Part shown: positions 1 to 8,864 of the stretch, piece after piece
How the letters are laid out: each line of letters opens with the position of its first letter
Position numbering within the stretch: position 1 is the first letter of the stretch
Virus record (IMG/VR): IMGVR_UViG_3300016644_000071
Span: 1 to 40,026 of that record
Strand: one strand, 5' to 3'
DNA from: a virus
Length of the DNA stretch: 40,026 bases
Notes under the pieces: model-generated
The model's database searches: none
What the model saw: only the letters and a program-made list of their open reading frames with translations
What the model was told of the DNA's origin: nothing
Position numbers and translations under genes: made by a program

Positions 1-22
1 ACCTATATAATTATCAAAACTT
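1..22. repeat. terminal direct repeat, copy 1 (ACCTATATAATTATCAAAACTT)
   Basis: Identical 22-mer at 40005-40026. Either assembly closure of a circular or circularly permuted molecule, or a very short DTR. Confidence 0.9.
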
Positions 23-29
23 CATCCTC

Positions 30-70
30 TCAATACTCCCTTGACTTCCCCCACCTCTTCAGTTTATTAT
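30..70 (+). promoter_or_regulatory. candidate rightward promoter (TTGACT 41-46, 18-nt spacer, TATTAT 65-70) abutted by the 11-mer TCAATACTCCC (30-40)
   Basis: Sigma70-like hexamers read directly. The 11-mer recurs exactly at 39830-39840 and with one mismatch at 484-494. No clear SD precedes the ATG at 101. Confidence 0.3.
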
Positions 71-100
71 TAGTTTAGTTAAAAACGTTAAAATAAGTTC

Positions 101-454
101 ATGATTAAGTACAGTAAAGAATTGTTGATAAACGCTATAAATGAATCAGACAAATTTACAAAAAGTCAAAAAGCTTTATTAGTATTAATTATAGAATTAT
201 CAGAAGATTCTGTGATGAATATGTCTATTAAAATAAATATATCTATCAAATCAATCGTTGAAATGACTGGTTTTAGTCAAACTATTATATGCAAAAATTT
301 AAACGATTTAGAAAAACTGAATTACATTCGTAGAGAAAAATCACCAAAAACTAAAGTAGGATATATACAACTTATCACCGCTAGTTTCCAACCAATTATA
401 GACTTTCTTGTAAAAAAACAACAAATTTCACTTAGAAAATATAAAAATAAGTGA
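101..454 (+). CDS. small winged-HTH DNA-binding protein (candidate early regulator)
   Basis: 117-aa ORF, first gene of the rightward arm. The segment SIKSIVEMTGFSQTIICKNLNDLEKLNYIRREK looks like an HTH plus wing, and resembles the N-terminal part of the ORF at 37393-37995. Confidence 0.45.
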   Translation: MIKYSKELLINAINESDKFTKSQKALLVLIIELSEDSVMNMSIKINISIKSIVEMTGFSQTIICKNLNDLEKLNYIRREKSPKTKVGYIQLITASFQPIIDFLVKKQQISLRKYKNK

Positions 455-462
455 AATCATAA

Positions 463-494
463 TTGACATCGTAAGTTTAATCTTCTATACTCCC
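463..494 (+). promoter_or_regulatory. near-consensus sigma70 promoter: TTGACA (463-468), 17-nt spacer, TATACT (486-491), overlapped by TCTATACTCCC (484-494)
   Basis: Hexamers and spacing read directly. Lies in the 197-nt gap upstream of the exo/RecT/lysis operon. Confidence 0.6.
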
Positions 495-651
495 TATAAG
501 TAACCCAAGAAACTTACACTTAGGCATAAAAAAAAGAGCCTAAGTCTAGTGCAAACTTAAGCTCTTTCTTGGATTACTAGCTGGGAGGATAACCAAACCA
601 AAGACTCCGAGCTTAGTATAACCCGCTTCATTATTAAACGGAGGTCAAACA

Positions 652-1299
652 ATGAGTCTACAGATTACAAACAATACCAATAAAGCACAAGAGACTTTTT
701 TAAAACAGCTGAAAGGATTAGCTCTCGCCCGTGACATTTTAACCGCTAAAAATTTGAATAACAAAGCGAATTGTGGTATGATAGCTTCCAAATCTACTTG
801 CGAGTCATCCATGAACAAAAGAGTTATTTTGCCCAATGAGGCGATACAGATACTTTCTAATCTGGAAGCCTTAAAAGAAGCGGGAGTACGTTATTTTCAA
901 AGAAATAGCGGCAAAACTTTACCTAGCAATATAACTACAGTCCCTAAATTTCATGAGGAAAAACAGGAAAGTATAGAGCTATCCGACTCTGCTAAGGAAA
1001 CGTTTGCGCGGATCAGCTCTAGAGCAAGACTTGCTTTTATAGAGGAGCAGTTGGAGCGGGCTATGATTTACAATATAGATCATGAATCCTACGGCGATGA
1101 TTACTATAAGCTAATGCAGGACATTGATAAATACGAGTATTTGCTTGAGAAAGCACAGAAGCTTGGCATTTATTGGGATATTTCCGAGTATGATCCAATA
1201 GCTTTAGAGCAGGAAATAGAGGAGGCAGATCATGCTGCTTATACCGAGAGAATGGATGTACGCTTTTACTTTAGTTCAACAAGAGGAGTAGAGGTTTAA
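652..1299 (+). CDS. hypothetical protein (215 aa)
   Basis: ORF preceded by GGAGG about 8 nt upstream of the ATG. Abuts the next ORF. No motif recognised. Confidence 0.65.
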   Translation: MSLQITNNTNKAQETFLKQLKGLALARDILTAKNLNNKANCGMIASKSTCESSMNKRVILPNEAIQILSNLEALKEAGVRYFQRNSGKTLPSNITTVPKFHEEKQESIELSDSAKETFARISSRARLAFIEEQLERAMIYNIDHESYGDDYYKLMQDIDKYEYLLEKAQKLGIYWDISEYDPIALEQEIEEADHAAYTERMDVRFYFSSTRGVEV

Positions 1300-1300
1300 T

Positions 1301-1558
1301 ATGAGCATAGACAACTATTTTATTTCAAAAGATGAGTTATTAACGCTTCTTTTCCATTTAGACGACAATAAAATTTCTACTCATAGCTTATCAACGTGGA
1401 TTAAGTCAAAAACAGAAGACAAATTTGTAGTAGTACCAAGAGAGTTTTGTGTTCTGATGGTGTCATTTCTGGAAAAGCAGGCAGCACAAAAAGAGAATTT
1501 ACTGTTTGATTGCAAGAAAGTATTTGAGCAGATTGAGGAAGTAAAACGTTATTTATAA
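1301..1558 (+). CDS. hypothetical protein (85 aa)
   Basis: ORF packed between its neighbours in the same operon. No motif recognised. Confidence 0.55.
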   Translation: MSIDNYFISKDELLTLLFHLDDNKISTHSLSTWIKSKTEDKFVVVPREFCVLMVSFLEKQAAQKENLLFDCKKVFEQIEEVKRYL

Positions 1559-1567
1559 GGAATAGCT

Positions 1568-2476
1568 ATGATTAACAAACAGGAATGGTTAAAGAAACGT
1601 AAGAATTATTTAGGTGGCACTGATTTAGCTGCTATCTGCGGTTTAAATCCATATAGGACTGCTCTTGATGTATATCTAGATAAAACCAGCGACGATATAA
1701 CGGAGGAGATTAGCCCTGCCATGAGGTGGGGCAATCTTTTAGAGGATGCTGTTAGCAAGGCTTACAGCGAAGATACCGGTTATAATATAGCAATAGAGCC
1801 AAACACAATATATCACCATGAACATAAGTTTTTAGGAGCTAATATTGATCGGTGGGTTGGTGATAAAGAATATGTGCTGGAATGCAAAACAGCTGGCTTT
1901 ACTAAAGGTAAGGAATGGGGAGACTTAGGGACTGACCAAATCCCCGAATCATATCTTGTACAAGTAGCGTATTATGCTGCAATCTGTGATGTTCCTAAAG
2001 TTGATATAGCAGTACTTATAGGGGGTCAGGATTTTAGAATTTATACTTATAATAGAGATAAAAATCTAGAAGAAAAACTAATAAAAATAGGCGTTAATTT
2101 CTGGCATAACCACATAGAAAAAAGAATACCGCCTCGTTGCGTTAATACCAGAGACACATTTAACCTATTCCCGCAAAGTAATAATAAGGAAATTACTGCT
2201 AAAAATGATATATTGGCAAAAATTGAAGAATTGAAAATTGCTAAAATGTCAGAAGAACAAATACAGAAAACTATTGAAAGGTTAAAAGTTGAAATTCAGG
2301 AATTTATGCGGGATTACGACGTACTTATTGATGATAACGGTAATGTAATAGCTACATGGAAAAACACAGCTCCAAGGTCATTTTTTGACTTGAAGAAATT
2401 TAAGGAAGAGGCTAAGGAAATGTACCTGAAATACGCAAGTTATAGTAAGCAATCTAGAGTATTTTTAATTAAATGA
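1568..2476 (+). CDS. YqaJ-like (lambda-Exo type, PD-(D/E)XK) recombination exonuclease
   Basis: N-terminal LGGTDLAAICGLNPYRTALDVY is the typical YqaJ signature, with downstream ID...ECKT nuclease-core residues. Sits immediately upstream of a RecT-like gene. Confidence 0.8.
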   Translation: MINKQEWLKKRKNYLGGTDLAAICGLNPYRTALDVYLDKTSDDITEEISPAMRWGNLLEDAVSKAYSEDTGYNIAIEPNTIYHHEHKFLGANIDRWVGDKEYVLECKTAGFTKGKEWGDLGTDQIPESYLVQVAYYAAICDVPKVDIAVLIGGQDFRIYTYNRDKNLEEKLIKIGVNFWHNHIEKRIPPRCVNTRDTFNLFPQSNNKEITAKNDILAKIEELKIAKMSEEQIQKTIERLKVEIQEFMRDYDVLIDDNGNVIATWKNTAPRSFFDLKKFKEEAKEMYLKYASYSKQSRVFLIK

Positions 2477-2484
2477 GGTGAAAA

Positions 2485-3288
2485 ATGAGTAATATAGCAA
2501 CAGTTAACACGTCGACAAATATGTTTGATTTAATGGAAAAAGCTTATAAATTTGCCTGCATCATGGCTAAATCCGACATTGTCCCGAGTCATTATAGAGG
2601 AAAACCTGAAAACACTTTTATTGCAGTACAGACAGCCTACAGAATGAACCTAGACCCGATGCAAGTAATGCAGAATACTTTTGTCGTGAGCGGTAAACTT
2701 GGGATGGTAAGCGCCTTTGCAATATCCTTAGCTAATCAAAGCGGATTATTCGATAGCGGTATACGTTATAGAATAGAGGGTTGCGGCGAAGATTTAAAAG
2801 TTACTGCCTATGCTAACTTAAAAAAAGGCGGTGAAGAAATATCCTACACTATTACAATGAGGGAAGCTGTTGCGGAAGGGTGGACTAAAAACCCTAAATA
2901 CAGGACTCTACCAGAATTAATGCTAAGATACAGAGCAGCTACTCTCTTGATTCGCACACATGCCCCGGAAGTATTAAACGGCATGCACATGGTTGAAGAG
3001 ATAGAGGACGCAGTTATAGCTACTAAGGATGTAACCCCTAAATCTCAAAGCATAAGTAGCAAACTTGATACTGTGCTAGATAGTCTAGAACATGAAAAAA
3101 CAAGCGATACACTTGCGGAATTAATAGAACTTGTTAAATTGCATAACGTACCAAGCTCTATAATAGAAAAATGGTGCGATAAAGCTGGCGTTGAAAGTAT
3201 TGCCGATTTAGGGATCGAGCGACAAGCGGCTTGCATAGAATATATAAATAAACAATATAATTATGTTCAAGATATGGAGGCGGCGTAA
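2485..3288 (+). CDS. RecT/Redbeta-type single-strand annealing protein
   Basis: FIAVQTAYRMNLDPMQVMQNTFVVSGKLGMVSAFAISLANQSG resembles the conserved RecT-family core. Classic exo-SSAP gene pair. Confidence 0.75.
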   Translation: MSNIATVNTSTNMFDLMEKAYKFACIMAKSDIVPSHYRGKPENTFIAVQTAYRMNLDPMQVMQNTFVVSGKLGMVSAFAISLANQSGLFDSGIRYRIEGCGEDLKVTAYANLKKGGEEISYTITMREAVAEGWTKNPKYRTLPELMLRYRAATLLIRTHAPEVLNGMHMVEEIEDAVIATKDVTPKSQSISSKLDTVLDSLEHEKTSDTLAELIELVKLHNVPSSIIEKWCDKAGVESIADLGIERQAACIEYINKQYNYVQDMEAA

Positions 3289-3373
3289 TATATTTTTGAC
3301 CGGTTATTTTTAATAGTGTACCACTATATCGCAAAAATAGCTTCCCATAAAGCCAATAATATGCTATATTCGC

Positions 3374-3598
3374 ATGGTATTTTATATACACCTTGCAAGT
3401 ATATCTATGAAAGAATTTTTAAAAGCTATTATCTTTAGCAAATATTTTGTTGTTGTTGCAGCTATAATTATCGGTATATTGTCTGGTTACTTTTGGTATC
3501 AAGATAATCCCATTGAAGAATTTGAAGAAAAAGTCATTGAAAAAGAAACGGGGATAGATGTTGATTTAACTCCAGAAAGCGTTGAGTTCTTCAGATGA
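3374..3598 (+). CDS. putative holin (single TM; alternative start at 3407)
   Basis: 74 aa (63 aa from M12) with one hydrophobic helix (YFVVVAAIIIGILSGYFWY) and an acidic C-terminus. Its stop overlaps the endolysin ATG (ATGA at 3595-3598). Confidence 0.4.
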   Translation: MVFYIHLASISMKEFLKAIIFSKYFVVVAAIIIGILSGYFWYQDNPIEEFEEKVIEKETGIDVDLTPESVEFFR

Positions 3599-4050
3599 AA
3601 GCATCAGAGAAAGGTCTTGATCTTATTAAGAAGTTTGAGGGGTTTAAGGATTATGTATATACCTGTCCCGCAGGAAAACCTACTATAGGCTATGGCCATG
3701 TTATTGATAATAAATTACTTGATTTAATCAAGGCTACCGCCCCTATTACGGAGAGTCATGCAGAAAAACTTTTACAGGACGACGTTAAAGAGGCACAGAA
3801 CGCTATAAATTCATCTGTAAAGGTAACCCTCAAGCAAGGACAATTTGACGCTCTAGTGAGCCTTATATACAACTGGGGAGTATATAATTTTAAAATAAGT
3901 AACGGACTAAGAAAACTAAATGCCGGAGATTACAACGGAGCTGCCGATGAATTTTTTGGAAAAGTTAGAGGAGTAGTATCGGTAAACGGCAAACTTTCCA
4001 ATGGCTTATACAGAAGAAGACAGGCAGAATTGGAATTATGGCAATCTTAA
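3595..4050 (+). CDS. endolysin, GH24 (T4/lambda-type phage lysozyme)
   Basis: KGLDLIKKFEGFKDYVYTCPAGKPTIGYGH is the canonical GH24 N-terminal catalytic region. No signal or SAR segment. Confidence 0.9.
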   Translation: MKASEKGLDLIKKFEGFKDYVYTCPAGKPTIGYGHVIDNKLLDLIKATAPITESHAEKLLQDDVKEAQNAINSSVKVTLKQGQFDALVSLIYNWGVYNFKISNGLRKLNAGDYNGAADEFFGKVRGVVSVNGKLSNGLYRRRQAELELWQS

Positions 4051-4346
4051 GGCATAAATTCAAAGCTAAGCCTTGTGAAGCTGACGGCATCAAATTTGCT
4101 TCTAAAAAAGAGCATAAAAGATATCAGCAGCTTAAAATATTACAAAATAGTGGTGAAATATTATTTTTTTTAAGGCAAGTACCTTTCCATTTAGAGGCGG
4201 GTGTAAAATATGTTTGTGATTTCCTTGTATTCTGGACAAACGGCGAAGTAACTGTTGAGGATGTCAAAGGCGTAAAAACGGACATGTATATAGTTAAAAA
4301 AAAGATGGTAGAGGCAATTTATCCTATTACAATTATGGAAATCTAA
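4038..4346 (+). CDS. DUF1064-family protein (PD-(D/E)XK-like, putative junction resolvase/nuclease)
   Basis: KFKAKPCEADGIKFASKKEHKRYQQLKILQNSGEI...DFLVFW...VEDVKGVKT matches my recollection of the DUF1064 pattern. Confidence 0.65.
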   Translation: MAILRHKFKAKPCEADGIKFASKKEHKRYQQLKILQNSGEILFFLRQVPFHLEAGVKYVCDFLVFWTNGEVTVEDVKGVKTDMYIVKKKMVEAIYPITIMEI

Positions 4347-4348
4347 AC

Positions 4349-4582
4349 ATGTTTCTAATTGCTTATTTTAAAGAAATCTTACTTGGTATCGGAGCGTTCA
4401 TTGCTATTTATCTTTTTAAAAGGAATAAAACATTAACCTCTGAAAATAAAGCCCTTACAGAAAACAACATTGAAAAAGACAAAGTAATTCATATCCAGCA
4501 AAAGGTATTAGATGTTAGCGAAAGTGTTAAATCTACTGATCTTGACACTAACCTTGATCGGTTGTCAGGTAAAAACGAATAA
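4349..4582 (+). CDS. i-spanin (Rz-like) candidate
   Basis: 77 aa with an N-terminal TM (ILLGIGAFIAIYLF) followed by a charged, coiled-coil-like periplasmic part. Overlapped out of frame by a lipoprotein ORF. Confidence 0.55.
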   Translation: MFLIAYFKEILLGIGAFIAIYLFKRNKTLTSENKALTENNIEKDKVIHIQQKVLDVSESVKSTDLDTNLDRLSGKNE

Positions 4583-4754
4583 AATACCTACATTAAATTT
4601 ACCGGAAATGCCACCGATAACTAAAAAAGTAGCGGAAGAAATAAAACTGGTATGTATTCCTCGTCAAAAATGTGAGAATTTTAATAATTGGTTAAATGAA
4701 CTATACGCTTTTAAAGCTGAGTATTCTGTTTTTAAAGAAGAATTAAGTAAATAA
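4512..4754 (+). CDS. o-spanin (Rz1-like) outer-membrane lipoprotein candidate
   Basis: Signal peptide with lipobox LIGC (MLAKVLNLLILTLTLIGC|Q) and a proline-rich mature N-terminus. Starts 71 nt inside the i-spanin ORF in another frame. Confidence 0.6.
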   Translation: MLAKVLNLLILTLTLIGCQVKTNKIPTLNLPEMPPITKKVAEEIKLVCIPRQKCENFNNWLNELYAFKAEYSVFKEELSK

Positions 4755-4924
4755 TAATATAAGTCTCGTTTAAAATGAATTTTTAAAGGAGTGGGGTAAT
4801 TGTACATCAGATATTATTAAAATCAAACTATGTTAAGATTTATTGAATTAAAAAATATCTTTAATAATGATTAATAAGTAACTTATAATGGAAATAATAG
4901 CGCATCATGAATTAGATTTTAATT

Positions 4925-5608
4925 ATGGACTATCAAAAACCTTGCCAGTATTCAATAAGATTAATAGATAGGTTGAAATCACTGGATACTAAAAATGTAT
5001 TGGATTTTGATTTGATTAATAAAGCTATCTACTGGGCTAAGAAGTATCACGGCGACCAGAAGAGAAAGAGCGGTGAGGCGTATTACACACATCCCTTAGA
5101 GGTAGCTTATATGATTTCTGATTATAAGCTAAAAACTGACGTAATCGTTGCTTCTATCTTGCATGATATTATTGAGGATACACCAGTAACGGCAGGGATG
5201 ATACTTGATAATTTTAACTGGAGAATAGCTGAAATGGTTGACATGCTTACTCGTGATAGACCAGATGGAAATAAGCTAAGTGTAGAGCAGATATTGAATA
5301 ATGCTTATGACCTAAAAGACAAAGAGGTTTTACTCATAAAGTTAATTGATAGATTGCATAATATACAGACTATAGGAAGCATAGCACCTGAAAAACAGAA
5401 AAAAATAGCTCAGGAGACTTTACAAGATATAATTAGCTTAACAACTATTTTTCAGGATTTAAACTTAGAAATAGAGCTTAATACAAAAAGTCTTACCATA
5501 TTATACGGAAAGGAAATTGCCGATCAGATGATTAAAAAAAGATATAATATTTTTTCTATTTCCGATAGTTACCAACTGCCACTTCCAACTTTTCAAAATG
5601 AAATATAG
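4925..5608 (+). CDS. RelA/SpoT-family HD hydrolase domain protein, no synthetase domain (small alarmone hydrolase-like)
   Basis: YYTHPLEVA, ASILHDIIEDT (HD) and LIKLIDRLHNIQT (compare SpoT ..ADRLHNMRT). 227 aa. Confidence 0.8.
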   Translation: MDYQKPCQYSIRLIDRLKSLDTKNVLDFDLINKAIYWAKKYHGDQKRKSGEAYYTHPLEVAYMISDYKLKTDVIVASILHDIIEDTPVTAGMILDNFNWRIAEMVDMLTRDRPDGNKLSVEQILNNAYDLKDKEVLLIKLIDRLHNIQTIGSIAPEKQKKIAQETLQDIISLTTIFQDLNLEIELNTKSLTILYGKEIADQMIKKRYNIFSISDSYQLPLPTFQNEI

Positions 5609-6839
5609 CGTATATAAATCCCGCTATCATTGGCAATATAATAGCTAACATTCCCCAGTTACCGATGTACTCTGTTAAATAAGCTAAACCGAACGAAGTA
5701 ATTAAGTAAATAAATGCACGTGATATAGCATATAACATACTAGCGTAAGTAAAACGCTTAAATACTGGAAAATGTTTATAACAAATTGGCATAGCAGAAG
5801 AGTAAGAAAGCAAAAAGAAAGTTATAACCCCCTCAAAAATAAAAAATGTGTAATAATCGCAATCATGGATAATGAATGAAAACAGAACTATAAGTAATGT
5901 AAAAATTGTTACTTTAATTTTTAATAAAAGTAACGGGTAAACCCAATAACTAATAACAGTAAAAAACAAAAAGCTTAGTACTTGTATTATAGATAAAATC
6001 AAATTATGGGTAATTACTTCGGCAGAAGATAAATTGAAAGAGTTTTTTAATATTAAGGCACAATGTACATACACGAAATAAAAACATATTGGCCAAGCAC
6101 ATTGCATAAGATATAGTGCTAGAGCGGTTTTAAATTCTACTTTTTCTATATAGATTTTGTTACTTTTTTTACATTCTGCAAGTCTTTTACGAGCATCAGT
6201 AAAATCTTTTGTTTCTTTTAATAGAACTCTAGCCTTTGCACCTATTAAAGCTACTATTGCCCCAATCCAAAATACAGTACGCCAATTTAATCCGTAATTG
6301 GTAGTATACCAAGCAATAATTAAAGCCCCCATACCTCCAATACTTGAAAAAACAGTGATAGTACTTACAGAAACGTATTGTATAGGTGGTTTAGTAATTT
6401 CCGTTACGTATAACTCTGCCCCTATTACTTCTCCCATAGATGACATGCCTTGAATAATACGGCATATTGTAATAACCCAGGCAGCAGTAATACCTATTTG
6501 TTCGTAGGTTGGAAGATTTGCCATAACTACACATGAAATAGCCATCATAAAAGTAGTTATTATTACTGTTGCTTTTCGTCCTATATTATCGCCAATATAA
6601 CCAAATATTAAAGCTCCTATAGGCCTTAAAACATAAGTAGAACAAAATGCAAATGCCGCAAGTAAGGAGGCAGTGAATGGGTCAGTTTTTGGAAAAAACA
6701 ACTCATTAAGTAACACTGCCATATGAACGTAGAGCATCAAGTCAAAATACTCAAGAAACGTGCCGATAGATAATAAACCAACTGCTTCTTTCTGCTCTCT
6801 TGTAAGGCTACGTTGCTCGGCTATCATAAATATGACCAT
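5556..6839 (-). CDS. MFS transporter, metabolite:H+ symporter (MHS, ProP-like) family
   Basis: 427 aa with about 12 hydrophobic segments. N-terminal GTFLEYFDLMLYVH...LFFP and loop motif GYIGDNIGRK are MHS/ProP-type signatures. Confidence 0.85.
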   Translation of the reverse strand: MVIFMIAEQRSLTREQKEAVGLLSIGTFLEYFDLMLYVHMAVLLNELFFPKTDPFTASLLAAFAFCSTYVLRPIGALIFGYIGDNIGRKATVIITTFMMAISCVVMANLPTYEQIGITAAWVITICRIIQGMSSMGEVIGAELYVTEITKPPIQYVSVSTITVFSSIGGMGALIIAWYTTNYGLNWRTVFWIGAIVALIGAKARVLLKETKDFTDARKRLAECKKSNKIYIEKVEFKTALALYLMQCAWPICFYFVYVHCALILKNSFNLSSAEVITHNLILSIIQVLSFLFFTVISYWVYPLLLLKIKVTIFTLLIVLFSFIIHDCDYYTFFIFEGVITFFLLSYSSAMPICYKHFPVFKRFTYASMLYAISRAFIYLITSFGLAYLTEYIGNWGMLAIILPMIAGFIYAIFHFEKLEVAVGNYRK

Positions 6840-6998
6840 AACTTAATTTCTTCACATATTAGTAAAACAAATTAAATTTAGTTGTAAAAATGATTTTTAT
6901 TAAAAATATAAACATTAAACTTGTAACAGTGCTTTTTAAACCACATTTTGGGGTCTAAACGTAAACCTCAGATTTTTCCGAAATTGCAATCAACAAAT

Positions 6999-8864
6999 CT
7001 ACTTAGAGGCGTTGTTTTCCTGATTAGTTTGCTCAAGTTTTTGGACTTCTCTAAGCAAAGTAACAGGCGTATATCCTGTAATCTGTTTCATGCTTTTGCT
7101 AAAATTTACAGCATTAATATTTGTTGGTGTTTCTGCAAATTTAATAGCTAAATCCAAAGTTTTCTTATCAGTTAGTAAATGAGCAAGACCAGAGCCACCA
7201 ATTACAGCTAATACAGTTTTTTCAGGAGCAACTACTGCACCTGCTCCAGTCATAACTGAAATAAGATCAAAAGTTTTTTGAGTTACAGCTGTCCCCGATG
7301 GATTAGGAATGTTCTTATTTTTAACTGCCATAGCCCTAGCCACCTTGCTAAGCTTATCCAAACGCTCAAAAGTTTCTGGGTTGGTAATCTTTTGTAATCT
7401 AGCTCTGTTTTGTTCATCATTAAGTATTTTAGATAAACTATTATAAGACATTTCACCAGTAGCTGTATTCTCTACTTTACCAAGCATATCTTCAAGCTCT
7501 TTTCTACGTGAAAATTTTGTAAATAATTTATCAGCTTCTTTGTGATAATTAAACCAATCTGGGTTAGTTTTGCCGTATTCTGCTAAATCATTATTAATAG
7601 CATTATAAAGCCTCTTTACCATTCCAGACGCTTTTTTTTCTTTTTGCCAATTAACACTTGTGTCTTTCCAATCCACAACTTTACCAAGAGAATCTTGGCT
7701 TGCTACTAAATCCTCAACAGGACTTGGTATTCTTTTTATACCCATAGGCACAAACTTATCTTCATAATCATTAATGATACTAAGTATTCTTTTCTCCCCA
7801 GGTGATAAGGAAGCAGATTTTGCAAGATCCGCCTTGATGCTTTCAGTTACAGACGTTACATTTTTTGGAACTATCTGCGCTTCTTTAGGTAATGCTTCAC
7901 GAGAATTTAAATATAATTGACTTATCCTGTCTTCTACCCCTGCAAGCTCTGCTTTCGGCAAAGCACTATCATAAGCTTTGTCCAATTCTTGCATAACTTT
8001 ATTAGCCATTTCTGAATATCTTTTGTTCATAACTCCACTAGCTACAGGAGTTTTACTTAAAAATTGATCAGCTAAAGCAATTGCCTTTCCCTCACTTGCC
8101 GCTGCCTTTGGCAGTGCAATATCCAATCCTTGAGCCGCCTTTGCTGCTTCCAGATTTAATTTGTTTTTACCAAGTCCAACAGCAGTTAAAGCCCCTTTAG
8201 TTAATAAATTCCCGCCACCTTTAGCAATAGTTGGAGCAGCATTTACGGCTAGACCCGCAGCAAGACCTCCGCCTATTGCTTCACCGGTACTTGCTCCTTG
8301 GTCAGCTAAATAGGAAGTAGTACCGCCCATTGCAGTAGCTCCCGCAGCTTGCAGAGGGCTAGTATTGCCAATCATGCTACCAAGTTTGGCTAACCCTCCA
8401 GATGCGGTTTTTGCAAGACCTCCGCCAGTTAGAAATGATGCACCGGTTTTTAGTCCTTCATTAATATATTTCTGGTCTTCCGGGGTTGCAGTATAACCAC
8501 CTGTGGCAGTATCAATTCCTTGGTCAATAGCTTCTGTCGCTGATGGAATAAGAGGAACGGGAGCTGTCATTTCTTCAGCGGGGGCAAAATCAAAGGCGTA
8601 AGGGTTTGCTTGATAATTCCCAGCGGCAACTTGCGCATTTTGAGCCATTGCAGGTAAATTATAAGCAAGACTTAATGTATCAGGTATTGCACCAGCTACT
8701 CCCGCAGCTACGGCTTTTGCTCCTGATGCTATTCTTTGACCAATACTAGTTTCAGCTGTTGCTTGTTTCTGCGGATTATCAAACTCTTCCCAAAAATTGC
8801 TTACACCCCCTTCTTTTCCTTGTGGATTATCAAACTCCGCCCAGAAATTATTTTTGCTCATCAA
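6999..8864 (-). CDS. internal virion / ejection protein candidate (621 aa)
   Basis: Last gene of the virion operon. Contains a Gly/Ala-rich glycine-zipper-like stretch and an N-terminal duplicated motif NFW(A/E)EFDNPQ. Position corresponds to the T7 gp14-16 block. Confidence 0.4.
   Translation of the reverse strand: MMSKNNFWAEFDNPQGKEGGVSNFWEEFDNPQKQATAETSIGQRIASGAKAVAAGVAGAIPDTLSLAYNLPAMAQNAQVAAGNYQANPYAFDFAPAEEMTAPVPLIPSATEAIDQGIDTATGGYTATPEDQKYINEGLKTGASFLTGGGLAKTASGGLAKLGSMIGNTSPLQAAGATAMGGTTSYLADQGASTGEAIGGGLAAGLAVNAAPTIAKGGGNLLTKGALTAVGLGKNKLNLEAAKAAQGLDIALPKAAASEGKAIALADQFLSKTPVASGVMNKRYSEMANKVMQELDKAYDSALPKAELAGVEDRISQLYLNSREALPKEAQIVPKNVTSVTESIKADLAKSASLSPGEKRILSIINDYEDKFVPMGIKRIPSPVEDLVASQDSLGKVVDWKDTSVNWQKEKKASGMVKRLYNAINNDLAEYGKTNPDWFNYHKEADKLFTKFSRRKELEDMLGKVENTATGEMSYNSLSKILNDEQNRARLQKITNPETFERLDKLSKVARAMAVKNKNIPNPSGTAVTQKTFDLISVMTGAGAVVAPEKTVLAVIGGSGLAHLLTDKKTLDLAIKFAETPTNINAVNFSKSMKQITGYTPVTLLREVQKLEQTNQENNASK

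Noticed and set aside
645-836. 63-aa minus-strand ORF overlapping the start of 652-1299
   Set aside because: It lies antisense to a well-supported plus-strand gene that has a strong SD. It has no SD or promoter of its own and an odd composition. I treat it as a shadow ORF.
3045-3391. Two minus-strand ORFs (3045-3236, 3158-3391) over the RecT 3' end and the following gap
   Set aside because: They lie antisense to RecT in a plus-strand operon, have low-complexity hydrophobic or aromatic translations, and no coupling to any minus-strand gene.
3595-4050. Cys (in YTCPAG) at the position aligned with the second catalytic Asp of T4/P22/P21-type lysozymes, considered as a possibly inactivated endolysin
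   Set aside because: As far as I recall, the ..Y.CPAG..TIGYGH variant is common among functional GH24 phage lysozymes, and the catalytic Glu and Thr are present. I did not treat it as an anomaly. An alignment would settle it.
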